This document shows, in pieces, positions 27,659 through 39,469 of a DNA stretch of 64,000 bases. The stretch comes from Bacillales bacterium (GTDB lineage Bacteria > Bacillota > Bacilli > Bacillales > DASSOY01), in contig DASVCO010000183.1 of assembly GCA_036381575.1 (NCBI GenBank), positions 3,092-67,091 on the forward strand, in the 5' to 3' direction. The notes under the pieces were generated by a model. That model had not been told where the DNA came from and did not search any database. It saw only the letters and a program-made list of their open reading frames with translations. A program made the position numbers and the translations under genes. Numbering within the stretch: the stretch's first letter is position 1; each line of letters begins with the position of its first letter.

Positions 27659-28259
27659 CGATCTCAATTCTTTTCAGCTAGATATTCTCAGAGAAGTAGG
27701 GAACATCGGAGCTGGACATGCTGCGACTTCCTTGTCGCAGCTGTTAAACCGAAGAATCGTGATGGAAGTTCCTGAAGCAAGAATCGCTTCGTTAACGGAG
27801 GTCACAGAATGGATCGGTGGTGCGGAACAGTTAGTTGCAGCCGTGTTTTTAAGAATCGAAGGCGATGTAACGGGAGGCATGTTCCTGATTGTTTCCATTG
27901 AAGAGGCCAACAGCTTGATTGCTTATCTGACCGGGAATTCAGAAATTTCCCTGAAAAATGAACCAGGTCTTTCCGCTCTTCAGGAAGCCGGGAATATATT
28001 GGCCGGCTCTTATCTGTCCTCGCTTTCCGATTTTACAAAGCTGGAGATGAAGGCATCACCTCCGGAGCTTATTGTGGATATGGCAGGAGCCATTCTTGCA
28101 AGCGGATTAACAGAAACTTCCCGTTTCGGGGAACAAGCTATCTTGATTGAAACTTCGTTCTGCGAATGGGATGAAATCAGAGGCCGGTTTCTATTCTTGC
28201 CTGATCCCGACGCGGTTCCAACTGTTTTCAAGGCATTGGGAGTTTGCGCCAATGAGTAG
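27645..28259 (+). CDS. cheC: CheY-P phosphatase CheC
   Basis: 204 aa. The DILREVGNIGAGHAATSLS motif has a second copy, ALQEAGNILAGSYLSSLS. Confidence 0.93.
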   Translation: MGPYNDLNSFQLDILREVGNIGAGHAATSLSQLLNRRIVMEVPEARIASLTEVTEWIGGAEQLVAAVFLRIEGDVTGGMFLIVSIEEANSLIAYLTGNSEISLKNEPGLSALQEAGNILAGSYLSSLSDFTKLEMKASPPELIVDMAGAILASGLTETSRFGEQAILIETSFCEWDEIRGRFLFLPDPDAVPTVFKALGVCANE

Positions 28260-28749
28260 TGTCCAAAGTGTCGTGAGGATAGGAATAGCGGAAATAGGCG
28301 TGGCTGTGTTTCCAAAAGTTATTCGAACAGTTGGGCTTGGTTCTTGCGTAGGGGTTGTGGTGTATGATTCATCCTTAAAGACGGCGGCCATGGCTCATGT
28401 AATGCTTCCCGATTCTTCGCTTGCAAAGGGGATGGTTTCGAATTCGGCTAAATTTGCGGACTGTGCCGTACAGGAGTTGGTTGAAATTCTGAAACGAAAA
28501 GGTTCAGCCGGAAAAGGGCTGAAATCCAAAATCGCCGGAGGAGCACAAATGTTCAAGTTGAAGATGGGAAGTGAAAGCACCAGAATCGGTCCTCGTAATG
28601 TCGAGGAAATTAAGAAGCAGTTGAGACGTTTCCATATTCATCTGGAAGCGGCTGATGTTGGTGGCTCTAGCGGAAGAACGATCGAATTTGACACAGACAA
28701 TGAAATCTTAACCGTCCGAACTGTTCATCAAGGAACTTTAGAAATTTAA
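28252..28749 (+). CDS. cheD: Chemoreceptor glutamine deamidase CheD
   Basis: 165 aa from ATG 28252, overlapping the cheC end. VGLGSCVGVVVYD and AHVMLP motifs. Confidence 0.93.
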   Translation: MSSVQSVVRIGIAEIGVAVFPKVIRTVGLGSCVGVVVYDSSLKTAAMAHVMLPDSSLAKGMVSNSAKFADCAVQELVEILKRKGSAGKGLKSKIAGGAQMFKLKMGSESTRIGPRNVEEIKKQLRRFHIHLEAADVGGSSGRTIEFDTDNEILTVRTVHQGTLEI

Positions 28750-28762
28750 AAGGGGGATTGAA

Positions 28763-29551
28763 ATGGCTTATTCTGTTGAAGCGGAGGAACAGCATATCTG
28801 GAACAGCTGGATAGAACACCGCGATTCTGATGCAGGTGAGCAATTGCTTGCGATGTACATGCCCCTTGTCAATTATCATGTACAGCGGATTGCTGTCGGG
28901 CTGCCCCGAGGAATTGATCCCGAAGAATTAAGAAGCCATGGATTGATAGGATTATATGATGCTTTAAATAAATTCGATGCCGGGCGTGATTTGAAATTCG
29001 ATACATATGCTTCTTTTCGGATTCGCGGGGCGATATTTGACGGATTGAGGAAAGAGGACTGGATGCCGCGGTCTTTGCGGGAAAAGGTGAGAAAAATCGA
29101 TTCCGCAGTAGAGAAATTGCAACAACAACATCTGCGCCCCGTTACTGTAAAAGAGGTAGCGAAAGAAGTCGGATTCAACGAAAAAGAAGTGGCCGCCGCA
29201 CAGTCAGAAGGTTTCATGGCAAACGTTTTATCTATCGATGAGGAGCATAATCGAGATGAAGGTTATGCACATCTTTCCATCAGAGATAAAAATGCCACGA
29301 TGCCTGAAAAGGAATTGATCAAAGGGGAAACGGTCGGGCGTCTTGCGGAAATGATTGAAACATTGAGCAGCAAAGAGCAGCTTGTCATCAGCCTTTTTTA
29401 TTATGAAGAGCTGACTTTAACCGAAATCGGGAAGGTTCTCGGTCTCTCGACCTCAAGAATTTCACAAATACACTCAAGGGCGTTGTTCCGTTTGAAACAA
29501 GCGTTTATCCAAACTGACGGGGAAATGGCCGATTTGTTTGAAGAGGGGTAA
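28763..29551 (+). CDS. sigD: Flagellar sigma factor SigD (FliA family)
   Basis: 262 aa with sigma-70 regions 2-4 (DLKFDTYASFRIRGAIFDGLRKEDW; LTLTEIGKVLGLSTSRISQIHSRAL). Confidence 0.95.
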   Translation: MAYSVEAEEQHIWNSWIEHRDSDAGEQLLAMYMPLVNYHVQRIAVGLPRGIDPEELRSHGLIGLYDALNKFDAGRDLKFDTYASFRIRGAIFDGLRKEDWMPRSLREKVRKIDSAVEKLQQQHLRPVTVKEVAKEVGFNEKEVAAAQSEGFMANVLSIDEEHNRDEGYAHLSIRDKNATMPEKELIKGETVGRLAEMIETLSSKEQLVISLFYYEELTLTEIGKVLGLSTSRISQIHSRALFRLKQAFIQTDGEMADLFEEG

Positions 29552-30004
29552 ATGATGGTTGGATTTTTATTATTTATCAGTTTTATATTACACGCCGCTG
29601 CTTTGTATTGGATTTTTCAATTGAAAAGACGCATGCAGGGGGACAGAGAAGTTGAAGGCCTAATGTCAGTTTACCTGGACGAAATGAGAGAAGAAAATGA
29701 TAAACTGATTCGTCACCTTCAGCAGCTTGAAGAAAAAGGCACAGTTACTGAAAATAAATCGATTTCGACGCCCTTGGACCTACCTGTAGAGCATTCTCCA
29801 GAAAATACAGCTCCGCAAGAGTTCCACAGCCCTCCGACCGGTTCAAATGAAAAGGAAGATCACGTAGACTCATCGGTTGAAGCACAGGCCCTGTTTATGG
29901 CCGAACAAGGAATGAGTTATGGAGAAATTGCCAAGAAATTGGGGCGCGGCAAAGGTGAGATTGAGTTGTTCATAAGGTTGGCTGGCAAAAAGGATAATCG
30001 TTGA
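29552..30004 (+). CDS. swrB: SwrB-like membrane-anchored protein ending the fla/che operon
   Basis: 150 aa with an N-terminal TM helix, a coiled coil and the C-terminal MSYGEIAKKLGRGKGEIELFIRL segment, which resembles remembered B. subtilis SwrB. Position is directly after sigD. Confidence 0.6.
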   Translation: MMVGFLLFISFILHAAALYWIFQLKRRMQGDREVEGLMSVYLDEMREENDKLIRHLQQLEEKGTVTENKSISTPLDLPVEHSPENTAPQEFHSPPTGSNEKEDHVDSSVEAQALFMAEQGMSYGEIAKKLGRGKGEIELFIRLAGKKDNR

Positions 30005-30132
30005 AGCACATGGAATGATATATACTTTCAATTATAGTTGTGTAGAGAGCCGGATTCCAATATGCCAGGCTTTATTTCTGAGAGGCCTTATTCTTTTAAA
30101 GTATCGGTTTGGAAGTTTTCTTAACCGGAAAC

Positions 30133-30161
30133 TTGTCACTGGGTGACGATTATGGTATATT
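30133..30161 (+). promoter_or_regulatory. Candidate sigA promoter for rpsB-tsf
   Basis: TTGTCA (30133-30138), a 17-nt spacer, then TATATT (30156-30161) preceded by TGG (extended -10-like). This leaves a leader of about 105 nt. Confidence 0.55.
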
Positions 30162-30274
30162 AACTGTCGGTGCTAAATACACACGTTTTGCTGATTTTCG
30201 CGGTGGTGCCGCATTAGTGGTGTTGCGGAAAGATGAAGCGGACGGAGGAAAAAAACCAATGAGGAGGTAACAAC

Positions 30275-30973
30275 ATGGCAGTCATTTCAATGAAACAACT
30301 GCTTGAGGCCGGTGTTCATTTCGGCCACCAAACACGCCGCTGGAATCCGAAGATGAAATCATACATCTTTACGGAACGTAACGGCATTTACATTATCGAT
30401 CTGCAGAAAACGGTGAAAAAGGTCGAGGAAGCTTTCAATTTTGTGAAAGACGTTTCTGCAGACGGCGGAAAGATTCTGTTCGTAGGAACGAAGAAACAGG
30501 CCCAGCATTCCGTGAAAGACGAAGCGGAACGGGCGGGAATGTTCTATGTTAATCATCGCTGGCTCGGTGGAACATTGACAAACTTCGAGACAATCCGCAA
30601 GCGGATTCAGCGCTTGAAGGACATTGAGAAAATGGAAGAAGACGGAACATTTGACGTGCTTCCGAAGAAGGAAGTTGTTCTGCTAAGTAAAGAACGGGAT
30701 CGCCTGCAAAAGTTTCTCGGCGGCATTAAGGAAATGAATACTCTGCCGGACGCGGTGTTTATCATTGATCCGCGGAAAGAACGGATTGCTGTCGCAGAAG
30801 CACGCAAACTTGATATCCCGATTATTGCGATTGTCGACACAAACTGTGATCCGGATGAAATTGATTACGTCATTCCCGGAAACGACGACGCGATTCGCGC
30901 GGTGAAACTGTTGACTTCGAAAATGGCGGACGCCGTCCTTGAAGCCAATCAAGGAGAAGAGACATCCGCATAG
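30275..30973 (+). CDS. rpsB: 30S ribosomal protein S2
   Basis: 232 aa starting [36 protein letters not shown]. Confidence 0.98.
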   Translation: MAVISMKQLLEAGVHFGHQTRRWNPKMKSYIFTERNGIYIIDLQKTVKKVEEAFNFVKDVSADGGKILFVGTKKQAQHSVKDEAERAGMFYVNHRWLGGTLTNFETIRKRIQRLKDIEKMEEDGTFDVLPKKEVVLLSKERDRLQKFLGGIKEMNTLPDAVFIIDPRKERIAVAEARKLDIPIIAIVDTNCDPDEIDYVIPGNDDAIRAVKLLTSKMADAVLEANQGEETSA

Positions 30974-30988
30974 ACATTTGAAATGATA

Positions 30989-31030
30989 AGGGTGATGAAG
31001 GGAAAAACGGCCCTTTGTCACCCTTTTTTA
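30989..31030 (+). terminator. Terminator/attenuating hairpin after rpsB
   Basis: AAGGGTGATGAAGGG pairs with CCCTTTGTCACCCTT (internal mismatch), followed by TTTTTT. Confidence 0.7.
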
Positions 31031-31129
31031 AAGGTTGCCTAGAATGAGAGAGGGCCCTTTGTTGATTGATGACAGGAACGGGAACTGCCGTTTCTACATA
31101 GTTTAACTTCTAGACTGGAGGCATATAAA

Positions 31130-32011
31130 ATGGCAATTAATGCAAAAATGGTAAAAGAATTACGTGAGAAAACGGGCGCGGGCATGATGGACTGCAAGAA
31201 GGCCCTGACCGAAACGGACGGGGACATGGAAAAAGCGGCTGAATTCCTTCGTGAGAAAGGCATCGCCAAAGCTGCCAAGAAAGCGGACCGGATTGCGGCA
31301 GAAGGACTGGCTTATATTAAAACCGAAGGAAACACCGCGGCCATCCTTGAAGTGAATTCAGAGACCGATTTCGTCGCAAAAAATGAAAACTTCAAAGCCT
31401 TGATTGAGAAATTGGCTGCGCATCTAGTGAAAGAGAAGCCGGGAACTGTCGAAGAAGCTCTGGAACAAAATGTTGATGGAGGACAAACTGTTCAGGAAGT
31501 GCTGAACGAGGCGATCGCTACGATCGGTGAGAAGATTTCCTTGCGCCGTTTTGAGGTTGTGGAGAAAGAAGAAGACGACTCTTTTGGTGAATATCTTCAT
31601 ATGGGCGGCAATATTGGTGTGCTAACTGTTCTTGAGGGAAGTGGACAAGAGGATACTGCGAAAGATGTCGCCATGCATGTTGCGGCCATCAACCCTCGCT
31701 ATCTTTCCCGTGAAGAGGTAGCAGAAAGCGAAGTGCAGGTGGAGAAAGAAGCTTTGAAAAAGCAGGCCCTGAATGAAGGCAAACCGGAGCATATTGTTGA
31801 AAAAATGGTGGAAGGGCGCCTGAATAAATGGTTCGAGGAAATTTGCTTGTTGGATCAGTCTTTCGTTAAAGATCCGGACCAGAAAGTCGGGAAATATGTA
31901 AAGAGTAAAGGTTCCTCTGTAAAAGGATTTGTGCGTTATGCGGTTGGAGAAGGAATGGAGAAACGTGAAGAGAACTTCGCTGAAGAGGTTCAATCACAAA
32001 TAAAGAAATAA
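31130..32011 (+). CDS. tsf: Elongation factor Ts
   Basis: 293 aa starting [26 protein letters not shown]. Confidence 0.98.
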   Translation: MAINAKMVKELREKTGAGMMDCKKALTETDGDMEKAAEFLREKGIAKAAKKADRIAAEGLAYIKTEGNTAAILEVNSETDFVAKNENFKALIEKLAAHLVKEKPGTVEEALEQNVDGGQTVQEVLNEAIATIGEKISLRRFEVVEKEEDDSFGEYLHMGGNIGVLTVLEGSGQEDTAKDVAMHVAAINPRYLSREEVAESEVQVEKEALKKQALNEGKPEHIVEKMVEGRLNKWFEEICLLDQSFVKDPDQKVGKYVKSKGSSVKGFVRYAVGEGMEKREENFAEEVQSQIKK

Positions 32012-32033
32012 GGGAGCACATAGTGTTCCCTTA
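32010..32033 (+). terminator. Weak hairpin after tsf
   Basis: AAGGGAGCAC pairs with GTGTTCCCTT (one G-T pair). The T-tract is poor. Confidence 0.4.
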
Positions 32034-32086
32034 TTCGCCATCTTTAACTTCTAATTTCTTTCTTATATCTAATCCTGGAGGTCATT

Positions 32087-32809
32087 ATGACGGAACCGAA
32101 ATATAGACGCGTAATTTTGAAACTAAGCGGGGAAGCCCTGGCAGGCAAAGAGAATTACGGGATTGAGCCTTCTATCATTCAATCAATTTCCGCACAGGTC
32201 AAGGAAATTGCGGAACTTGGTGTCGAGGTGGCCATTGTAGTTGGAGCAGGGAACATTTGGCGGGGCAAGATCGGCAGCGAAATGGGAATGGACCGTGCAA
32301 CGGCCGATTACATGGGAATGCTGGCCACTGTGATGAATTCACTCGCTCTTCAGGACAGTCTGGAGAACTTCGGTGTTCAAACACGTGTACAGACTTCTAT
32401 CGAAATGAGGCAAGTTGCGGAGCCTTACATTCGCCGTAAGGCGATTCGTCATCTTGAGAAGAAACGAGTTGTTATTTTCGCGGCAGGAACGGGAAATCCT
32501 TATTTTACAACCGATACAACCGCGGCTCTCCGTGCTGCTGAAATTGAGGCAGACGTGATCTTGATGGCGAAGAATAATGTAGACGGCGTCTATAATGCTG
32601 ATCCGTCGCAGGATGAAAATGCACAGAAGTATGAAACATTGTCTTACCTTGATGTGTTAAAAAAACAATTGGCGGTAATGGATTCGACAGCCTCGTCTCT
32701 ATGTATGGATAACGATATTCCGCTTGTCGTTTTTTCCATTACTGAAAACGGCAATATCAAGCGAGCTGTTTTGGGTGAATCCATCGGAACCGTCGTAAAG
32801 GGGGAGTAA
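32087..32809 (+). CDS. pyrH: UMP kinase
   Basis: 240 aa with [13 protein letters not shown] and the amino-acid kinase fold. Confidence 0.97.
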   Translation: MTEPKYRRVILKLSGEALAGKENYGIEPSIIQSISAQVKEIAELGVEVAIVVGAGNIWRGKIGSEMGMDRATADYMGMLATVMNSLALQDSLENFGVQTRVQTSIEMRQVAEPYIRRKAIRHLEKKRVVIFAAGTGNPYFTTDTTAALRAAEIEADVILMAKNNVDGVYNADPSQDENAQKYETLSYLDVLKKQLAVMDSTASSLCMDNDIPLVVFSITENGNIKRAVLGESIGTVVKGE

Positions 32810-32811
32810 TC

Positions 32812-33369
32812 ATGTCTAATGAAGTGATTCAAACCGCAAATGACAAAATGGAAAAAGCTGTTGCCGCGTTCAGACGGGAAATTGCGACTGTGCGTGCTGG
32901 AAGAGCCAACCCGTCGATTCTTGACAAAGTCATGGTCGATTATTATGGAGCAACAACTCCGCTGAACCAACTCGCCAGTATCTCAGCACCGGAAGCAAGG
33001 CTTCTTGTCATTCAACCTTATGATAAGTCCAGCCTTCAGGATATGGAAAAGGCGATTCAGAAAGCAGATCTGGGTTTATCTCCTTCCAATGACGGAGATC
33101 TCATTCGTATCGCTATTCCGCAATTGACGGAAGAGCGGCGGCAACAGCTCGTCAAGCTTGTGAAAAAGTATGCTGAAGAGGGCAAGGTTGCCATTCGCAA
33201 TATCCGCCGTGACTCCAACGACGAATTAAAGAAAGCGGAGAAAAACGGGGATATCACTGAAGATGAATTGCGCCGTTACACCGACGAGATTCAAAAATTA
33301 ACGGATGCCGAAATCGGGCAAATCGAGAACATCGCAGATGAAAAAGAAAAGGAAATCATGGAAGTATAA
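32812..33369 (+). CDS. frr: Ribosome recycling factor
   Basis: 185 aa with the typical RRF sequence ([11 protein letters not shown]-like [13 protein letters not shown]). Confidence 0.97.
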   Translation: MSNEVIQTANDKMEKAVAAFRREIATVRAGRANPSILDKVMVDYYGATTPLNQLASISAPEARLLVIQPYDKSSLQDMEKAIQKADLGLSPSNDGDLIRIAIPQLTEERRQQLVKLVKKYAEEGKVAIRNIRRDSNDELKKAEKNGDITEDELRRYTDEIQKLTDAEIGQIENIADEKEKEIMEV

Positions 33370-33401
33370 CAGGATTCACGTTACAATGATACAATAATGA
33401 G

Positions 33402-33434
33402 AAAAGCCCTCCTCTTTCGGTCGAGGGCTTTTTG
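33402..33434 (+). terminator. Rho-independent terminator after frr
   Basis: AAAAGCCCTC (33402-33411) pairs with GAGGGCTTTT (33423-33432), followed by T. Confidence 0.8.
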
Positions 33435-33455
33435 TAAGATGATGGAGGATTCACG

Positions 33456-34208
33456 ATGCTGGGGAAATTTTCAACGAAAAAGGGCATGGCACCCGAAGAA
33501 ATCGATTCAGCGAATATTCCGGAACATATCGCCATTATTATGGACGGGAACGGAAGATGGGCGAAGAAAAAAGGGTTGCCGAGAATCGCTGGGCACCGTG
33601 AAGGCATGAAAGTCGTCCGCAATATTGTCATGGCATGCAATGAGATTGGAGTCAAGGCCTTGACCCTATACGCATTCTCCACGGAGAATTGGAAGCGCCC
33701 GAAGAAAGAGGTCGACTTTCTGATGAAAGCCCCCGAGAAATTTCTTCTTACATATTTGCCGGAGCTTGTAGAGAAGAACGTCCAGGTTCGGACTATGGGA
33801 AACCCGGACAACCTCCCGGGCTCTACCGTGAATGCCGTTGAAACTGCTGTGGCGGAGACACAGACTAATACCGGACTGATACTTAATTTTGCCTGGAATT
33901 ATGGCAGCCGATTTGAAATCACTCAGGCTCTTCGACACATAGCCCAAGAGGTTAAAGACGGGAAAGTTGATATCGATCAGATTGATGAAGGCATGATATC
34001 AGATTATTTGCTTAGCCCGCAGCTGGGAGATCCTGATCTGTTGATCCGTACGAGTGGTGAACTGCGCCTTAGTAATTTTATGCTTTGGCAGCTTGCCTAC
34101 ACAGAATTGTGGTTTACCGATGTGTTATGGCCGGATTTCAAGAAAACCCAGTTGTTTGAAGCTGTTCGTGATTATCAACAGCGCGGCCGTCGGTTTGGCG
34201 GTGTATAA
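33456..34208 (+). CDS. uppS: Undecaprenyl-diphosphate synthase
   Basis: 250 aa with HIAIIMDGNGRWA and the RTSGELRLSNFMLWQ cis-prenyltransferase motifs. Confidence 0.97.
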   Translation: MLGKFSTKKGMAPEEIDSANIPEHIAIIMDGNGRWAKKKGLPRIAGHREGMKVVRNIVMACNEIGVKALTLYAFSTENWKRPKKEVDFLMKAPEKFLLTYLPELVEKNVQVRTMGNPDNLPGSTVNAVETAVAETQTNTGLILNFAWNYGSRFEITQALRHIAQEVKDGKVDIDQIDEGMISDYLLSPQLGDPDLLIRTSGELRLSNFMLWQLAYTELWFTDVLWPDFKKTQLFEAVRDYQQRGRRFGGV

Positions 34209-34330
34209 AATCCGGAGGATGAAATTCAGAAGCCGGTGAAAGTTTCCGGCATTTTACAGGGCATTTTTCGGAGTGTTATTTTACCAAATCATCCGCCTCG
34301 GAAATCTGACATCTGTTAATGGGGGTTGTC

Positions 34331-35107
34331 ATGAAACAGCGAATTATTACGGCCGCTTTGGCCGGTATCTTTTTTTTGGGTTTGGCGGTGATCGGAGGCG
34401 TTGCTTTCAGCCTTTTGGTTATCCTTATGGCATTGGTCGGGTATCTCGAATTTTTGCGCATGGGAAAAATTACTCCGTATTCCTTTCCAGCCGTTATTGG
34501 ATTCATTCTAGTTATTTTCATTGTTCCCCCTTTTAATTTTTCACTACTTTCGCCGGCTGAAGTTATATTATCCGCCTTTTTGCTGTTGCTGGTTTACACA
34601 GTCCTTTCAAAAAATACCTTCCACTTTGATCAGGCGGCATTTGTCATTTTGGCGTCGTTATATGTGGGTTTCGGCTTCCATTATCTCATTGAGGCCCGGG
34701 TTTCCGGGAACGGTATCAATGTTTTGTTTTTTATTTTACTTTTAATATGGACAACCGACAGCGGGGCTTATTTCACCGGACGGGCAATGGGGAAACGAAA
34801 GTTGTGGCCGCAGATCAGTCCGAAGAAAACCATTGAAGGGGCAGCGGGAGGTATAGTAGCAGCTCTTGTTGTGGCTGTTTTGTATCAACTGTTATTTTCT
34901 GTATCCGAATCTATGGTTATGGTGGTCCTGGCAGCCGTTGTTATTGCGGTATTTAGCCAGATTGGTGACCTTGTTGAGTCGGCCTTCAAACGTCATTATG
35001 GTGTGAAGGATTCCGGGAGTTTCTTGCCGGGACACGGCGGGATTCTCGATCGTTGTGACAGCTGGTTGTTTGTATTGCCGGTTATGCACTTATTTCATTT
35101 TATTTGA
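34331..35107 (+). CDS. cdsA: Phosphatidate cytidylyltransferase
   Basis: 258 aa from ATG 34331 (MKQRIITAAL). Polytopic, with the C-terminal SAFKRHYGVKDSGSFLPGHGGILDRCDS signature. Confidence 0.95.
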   Translation: MKQRIITAALAGIFFLGLAVIGGVAFSLLVILMALVGYLEFLRMGKITPYSFPAVIGFILVIFIVPPFNFSLLSPAEVILSAFLLLLVYTVLSKNTFHFDQAAFVILASLYVGFGFHYLIEARVSGNGINVLFFILLLIWTTDSGAYFTGRAMGKRKLWPQISPKKTIEGAAGGIVAALVVAVLYQLLFSVSESMVMVVLAAVVIAVFSQIGDLVESAFKRHYGVKDSGSFLPGHGGILDRCDSWLFVLPVMHLFHFI

Positions 35108-35181
35108 GAAGCAAAGGATCCGAAGATGCTTTTGATCTGTAACTCTAGGGATTTTCAATTCATAACAATAAGGATGATATT

Positions 35182-36333
35182 ATGAAAAAGATCAGCTTGC
35201 TGGGGGCGACAGGTTCTGTTGGTCGGCAAACTCTTGATGTGATTTCAGACCACCCCGATCAATTTTCACTAGTTGCGATGTCCTTCGGAAAGAATGTTTC
35301 ATCAGGGCTCGAGATTATTCATACATATCAACCAAGCCTGGTTGCCGTCGGTACAAAAGAAATCCGTGATGAAATCGTGAATGAAATCCCTTCCGGGGTG
35401 AAGGTCGTCTTTGGTAGAGAAGGACTGATTGAAGCGGCCGTCCATCCTGAGTCCACTGTTGTTTTGAACGCGTTGCTTGGAAGTGTTGGTTTGGCCCCGA
35501 CTCTTGCTGCAATCGAGGCCGGTAAGAACCTTGCTTTCGCGAATAAGGAAACCCTTGTAACAGCTGGGCACCTGGTGATGAAAGCCGCTGAAAAAAACGG
35601 GGTGCAGGTTCTTCCTGTTGACAGCGAACACTCGGCCATTTTCCAATGCTTGCAGGGAGAAAATCCGAAAAAGATTTCAAGGTTAATCATAACGGCATCG
35701 GGCGGGAGTTTTCGGGATAAGAAGCGTGAGGAACTTGAAGGGGTTACGGTTGAGGAAGCTTTGAATCATCCAAACTGGTCAATGGGCGCCAAGATCACAA
35801 TTGATTCAGCAACCATGATGAACAAAGGCCTTGAAGTAATAGAGGCGCATTGGTTATTTGACATGCCCTATGAGCAGATCGATGTTTTGCTTCACAGGGA
35901 AAGTGTCATCCATTCAATGGTGGAATTTACTGATACAAGCGTGATAGCTCAACTAGGCCTTCCAGACATGAGAGTCCCAATTCAGTACGCACTTTCTTAT
36001 CCGAACAGGCTTGAATTGAAGGGGGCAAAAGGGTTAAACTTATGGGAAATGGGAACCCTTCATTTTCAGGAAAAAGATCTGGATCGTTTTCGTTGTCTGC
36101 GATTTGCGTATGAAGCGGGCAGATGTGGCGGGACAATGCCGACAGTGCTAAATGCAGCCAATGAAGAAGCGGTTCGGCTGTTTTTGGAGGGGAGTATTAC
36201 CTTTTTGGATATTGAGAACAGGGTGGAGGCTGCCCTTGAACGGCATCACTCGCTTGCATATCCGAATTTGCAAGAGATTCAGGCGGTTGACCAGGAGACA
36301 CGCGAGTTTGTAAGGACCTTGGACAAAAAGTAA
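35182..36333 (+). CDS. dxr: 1-deoxy-D-xylulose 5-phosphate reductoisomerase
   Basis: 383 aa with [19 protein letters not shown]-binding and [13 protein letters not shown] motifs. Confidence 0.97.
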   Translation: MKKISLLGATGSVGRQTLDVISDHPDQFSLVAMSFGKNVSSGLEIIHTYQPSLVAVGTKEIRDEIVNEIPSGVKVVFGREGLIEAAVHPESTVVLNALLGSVGLAPTLAAIEAGKNLAFANKETLVTAGHLVMKAAEKNGVQVLPVDSEHSAIFQCLQGENPKKISRLIITASGGSFRDKKREELEGVTVEEALNHPNWSMGAKITIDSATMMNKGLEVIEAHWLFDMPYEQIDVLLHRESVIHSMVEFTDTSVIAQLGLPDMRVPIQYALSYPNRLELKGAKGLNLWEMGTLHFQEKDLDRFRCLRFAYEAGRCGGTMPTVLNAANEEAVRLFLEGSITFLDIENRVEAALERHHSLAYPNLQEIQAVDQETREFVRTLDKK

Positions 36334-36456
36334 TCAAATTCATGACAGATCCGGACGGAAGTGTGTTTGCAGCGGAGGCGGAGAATCTCCTCCTATCACT
36401 CACTTTCAGCTGGTTTCTGGATTCAGACATCCGGTATCTGAAAGGGTTGGTCTTGT

Positions 36457-37722
36457 ATGGAAACATTTATAGCGATTGTGATCATCTTCGGATTATTGAT
36501 ATCGATTCACGAGTTGGGCCACCTGATTTTAGCGAAACGGGCCGGCATTCTATGCCGTGAGTTTGCAATCGGGTTCGGCCCGAAATTGTTTTCAGTTAGA
36601 AAATACGAAACGATATATACGGTACGGTTGTTACCGATAGGCGGATTTGTCCGTATGGCCGGAGAAGACCCTGAGACGATCGAGATTAAACCGGGGCAGC
36701 GTATAGGACTGGTGTTGAATGAGGTTGGCAAAGTCAAGCAGATGATCATCAACAACAAATCAAAACACACCGAGGCCAGAATGATAACTGTCGAAGAGGC
36801 AGATCTTGAGAAAGATCTGTTTATTAAGGGCTCCGAGGGAGAGGAAGACCTTCCGGAAACCTTCCGGGTTGATGAAAGAGCTGATTTTATTGTTGATGAA
36901 CAGGCAGTACAGATTGCCCCGTATCATCGACAATTTGCTTCCAAATCTATTTGGGATCGGGTACTGGCTATTTTTGCGGGACCGTTTATGAACTTTATCC
37001 TGGCATTTGTTTTATTTGTTTTGTATGCCATGATAGGTGGGATCCCTACCAACGAAGCAAAGCTTGGTAATCTCGTTCAGGATCGGCCGGCAATAGAAGC
37101 TGGGCTGCATCAAGGTGACCGTGTTCTTGCAGTCAACGATAATCCAGTGAATTCCTGGACTGAACTTGTTTCTGTTATTCAGAAGCATCCCGGTGATCGA
37201 CTTATTTTCAAAATCAAGCGGGACGGAGAAATTCTGCAGATTCCGGTCACACCCGAGAAGAATAAGCTGAGAAACGGTGAAATTGAGGGAAGAATTGGGG
37301 CATATGCCTCGATGAAACACTCAATAGTGGATTCGTTGCGGTATGGTGTAACAAGGACGGTTCAAACCACAGCCTTGATTTTCGACGGTGTTGGGAAAAT
37401 CATCACAGGCCAAATCGGAATCAATGGTTTAGCCGGACCGGTTGGTATTTACAGTTTCACCGGCCAGGTTGCCCAAACAGGCGGGGTGATTGCCTTGATG
37501 AGTTTTGCCGCCTTCTTAAGTATCAATGTTGGGATTTTCAATTTACTGCCCTTGCCGGCTTTGGACGGCGGGAGATTGCTTTTTCTCTTATTTGAGGCTG
37601 TCCGGGGCAAACCAATTGATCCTCAGAAAGAGTCCATGCTCCATTTGATTGGTTTCGCGTTTTTGCTTTTGTTAATGATTGTTGTCACGTGGAATGACAT
37701 CCATAAGTTTTTTCTTGGTTAA
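36457..37722 (+). CDS. rseP: Site-2 intramembrane zinc metalloprotease RseP/RasP
   Basis: 421 aa with HELGH at the N-terminus, a PDZ domain and the [12 protein letters not shown] motif. Confidence 0.96.
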   Translation: METFIAIVIIFGLLISIHELGHLILAKRAGILCREFAIGFGPKLFSVRKYETIYTVRLLPIGGFVRMAGEDPETIEIKPGQRIGLVLNEVGKVKQMIINNKSKHTEARMITVEEADLEKDLFIKGSEGEEDLPETFRVDERADFIVDEQAVQIAPYHRQFASKSIWDRVLAIFAGPFMNFILAFVLFVLYAMIGGIPTNEAKLGNLVQDRPAIEAGLHQGDRVLAVNDNPVNSWTELVSVIQKHPGDRLIFKIKRDGEILQIPVTPEKNKLRNGEIEGRIGAYASMKHSIVDSLRYGVTRTVQTTALIFDGVGKIITGQIGINGLAGPVGIYSFTGQVAQTGGVIALMSFAAFLSINVGIFNLLPLPALDGGRLLFLLFEAVRGKPIDPQKESMLHLIGFAFLLLLMIVVTWNDIHKFFLG

Positions 37723-37775
37723 ACAAAGAAGGCGTGCATGATAGCAAGTTAATTTCCAGAATTGAGGTGCAGGTG

Positions 37776-39449
37776 ATGAGACAAAGCCATACGTTTGTAC
37801 CCACTCTCAGAGAGGCTCCCGCTGACGCGGAAGCAGCCAGCCACCGGCTGCTTTTGCGCGCGGGTTTTATTCGTCAAAATGCGGCGGGGATTTATTCCTA
37901 CTTGCCGCTCGGCAAACGGGTACTTGGCAAAATAGAAAACATTATTCGCGAAGAAATGGACGCAACCGGGGCTCAGGAGCTTCTGATGCCGGCTATTCAA
38001 CCGGCTGAGCTCTGGCACGAAACGGGGCGCTGGGAAGTATACGGACCGGAATTAATGCGGCTCAAGGATCGCCATGAAAGAGATTTCGCTCTCGGGGCAA
38101 CAGGCGAGGAAATGATTACAAGTCTTGCGCGCGAGGTGAATTCTTACAAGAAATTACCGATGACCATGTATCAAATTCAAACCAAATACCGTGACGAAAA
38201 ACGTCCGCGTTTCGGGCTTTTGCGCGGAAGGGAATTCATCATGAAAGACGCCTATTCCTTCGACACGACAAAGGAAGGGCTCGATCAAAGCTACGAGGTC
38301 ATGTATGACGCCTATCGAAAAGTGTTTACAAGATGCGGTTTGAATTTCCGGGCGGTTCTAGCCGATTCAGGGGCTATGGGAGGAAAGGACACGCAGGAAT
38401 TTATGGCGCTCGCCGACATTGGGGAAGATACGATTGCCTATTCTGATACATCACAATACGCTTCTAATGTTGAAATGGCTGAGGTGCAATCGGAATATGA
38501 GAAATCCTCTGAATCCCCATTGGCTTTGGAGAAATCGGATGGTGCGGCAGATACGCCAGCAGCAAAGAGGATTATTGCTAAACTGTTCTCCGTAGATGAT
38601 ACATATGCCCTTGTTTTGGTTCGTGGTGACCACGAAATCAATGATGTGAAATTGAAAAATCTACTTGATGCACGAATCGTTGAAGATGCAGACGAGGACA
38701 CTATACGTTCTATGTTTGGCTGTGGATCGAATGAGTTGGGTCCTTTTCAGGTTCCGGAGGAAGTGAAAGTCATTGCTGATCCATCCATTCAATACATGGT
38801 CAATGCGGTGAGCGGTGCAAATGAAAAAGGAATGGCATTCATAAATGTCAATCCTGATCGGGATTTGGCTGTCGATCAATATGCCGATCTTCGTTTAATC
38901 CAGGAGGGGGATCCTTCTCCAGATGGCCAGGGGAACATCCGCTTTGCACGCGGTATTGAAATAGGACAAATTTTCAAGCTCGGAACCTTTTACAGTGAAA
39001 CAATGGGGGCCGGATTTCTCGATGAAAATGGACGAGCGCAGCCGATGATTATGGGTTGCTATGGCATTGGTGTGTCACGGACTATTGCTGCGATTGTTGA
39101 GCAGAATCATGATGATCGCGGGATGATTTGGCCGCTTAGCGTAGCACCGTTTGATCTTCATTTAATTGTCGTTAATATGAAGGATGAGGGACAACGTGAA
39201 ACCGCGGAAAAGTTATACGAACAATTGGAAAACCATTACGATGTGTTATACGATGATCGGAAAGAACGTGCCGGTGTGAAGTTCGCCGATTCTGATTTAA
39301 TCGGTTTGCCAATTCGTGTCACTGTAGGCAAAAAAGCATCTGAGGGGATAGTAGAGTTGAAGTCCCGGGAAAGTGGAGAAATGCGGGAGGTTCATGTTGA
39401 TGAGTTGCCAGCTGCACTGGAAGAAATCACAGAGGAACTGAGCCGCTAA
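37776..39449 (+). CDS. proS: Prolyl-tRNA synthetase (bacterial type with INS editing domain)
   Basis: 557 aa from ATG 37776 ([13 protein letters not shown]). Class II motifs. No T-box fits, since the spacer is only about 53 nt. Confidence 0.96.
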   Translation: MRQSHTFVPTLREAPADAEAASHRLLLRAGFIRQNAAGIYSYLPLGKRVLGKIENIIREEMDATGAQELLMPAIQPAELWHETGRWEVYGPELMRLKDRHERDFALGATGEEMITSLAREVNSYKKLPMTMYQIQTKYRDEKRPRFGLLRGREFIMKDAYSFDTTKEGLDQSYEVMYDAYRKVFTRCGLNFRAVLADSGAMGGKDTQEFMALADIGEDTIAYSDTSQYASNVEMAEVQSEYEKSSESPLALEKSDGAADTPAAKRIIAKLFSVDDTYALVLVRGDHEINDVKLKNLLDARIVEDADEDTIRSMFGCGSNELGPFQVPEEVKVIADPSIQYMVNAVSGANEKGMAFINVNPDRDLAVDQYADLRLIQEGDPSPDGQGNIRFARGIEIGQIFKLGTFYSETMGAGFLDENGRAQPMIMGCYGIGVSRTIAAIVEQNHDDRGMIWPLSVAPFDLHLIVVNMKDEGQRETAEKLYEQLENHYDVLYDDRKERAGVKFADSDLIGLPIRVTVGKKASEGIVELKSRESGEMREVHVDELPAALEEITEELSR

Positions 39450-39469
39450 TTAGGGGAGGAGGAAAGACA

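Noticed and set aside
30168-30274. rpsB 5' leader with mutually exclusive small hairpins (GCGGT-ggt-GCCGC versus CCGCA...TGCGG), considered as a possible S2 autoregulatory element.
   Set aside because: The stems are only 5 bp, and I cannot match them to any leader family from memory. This would need cmscan or covariation analysis before any claim.
34209-34330. 122-nt uppS-cdsA spacer with a 5-bp GCCGG/CCGGC hairpin and T-rich tail. The overlapping 87-aa off-frame ORF at 34273-34536 was also considered.
   Set aside because: The hairpin is too weak to call a terminator. The ORF is out of frame within cdsA and lacks an SD.
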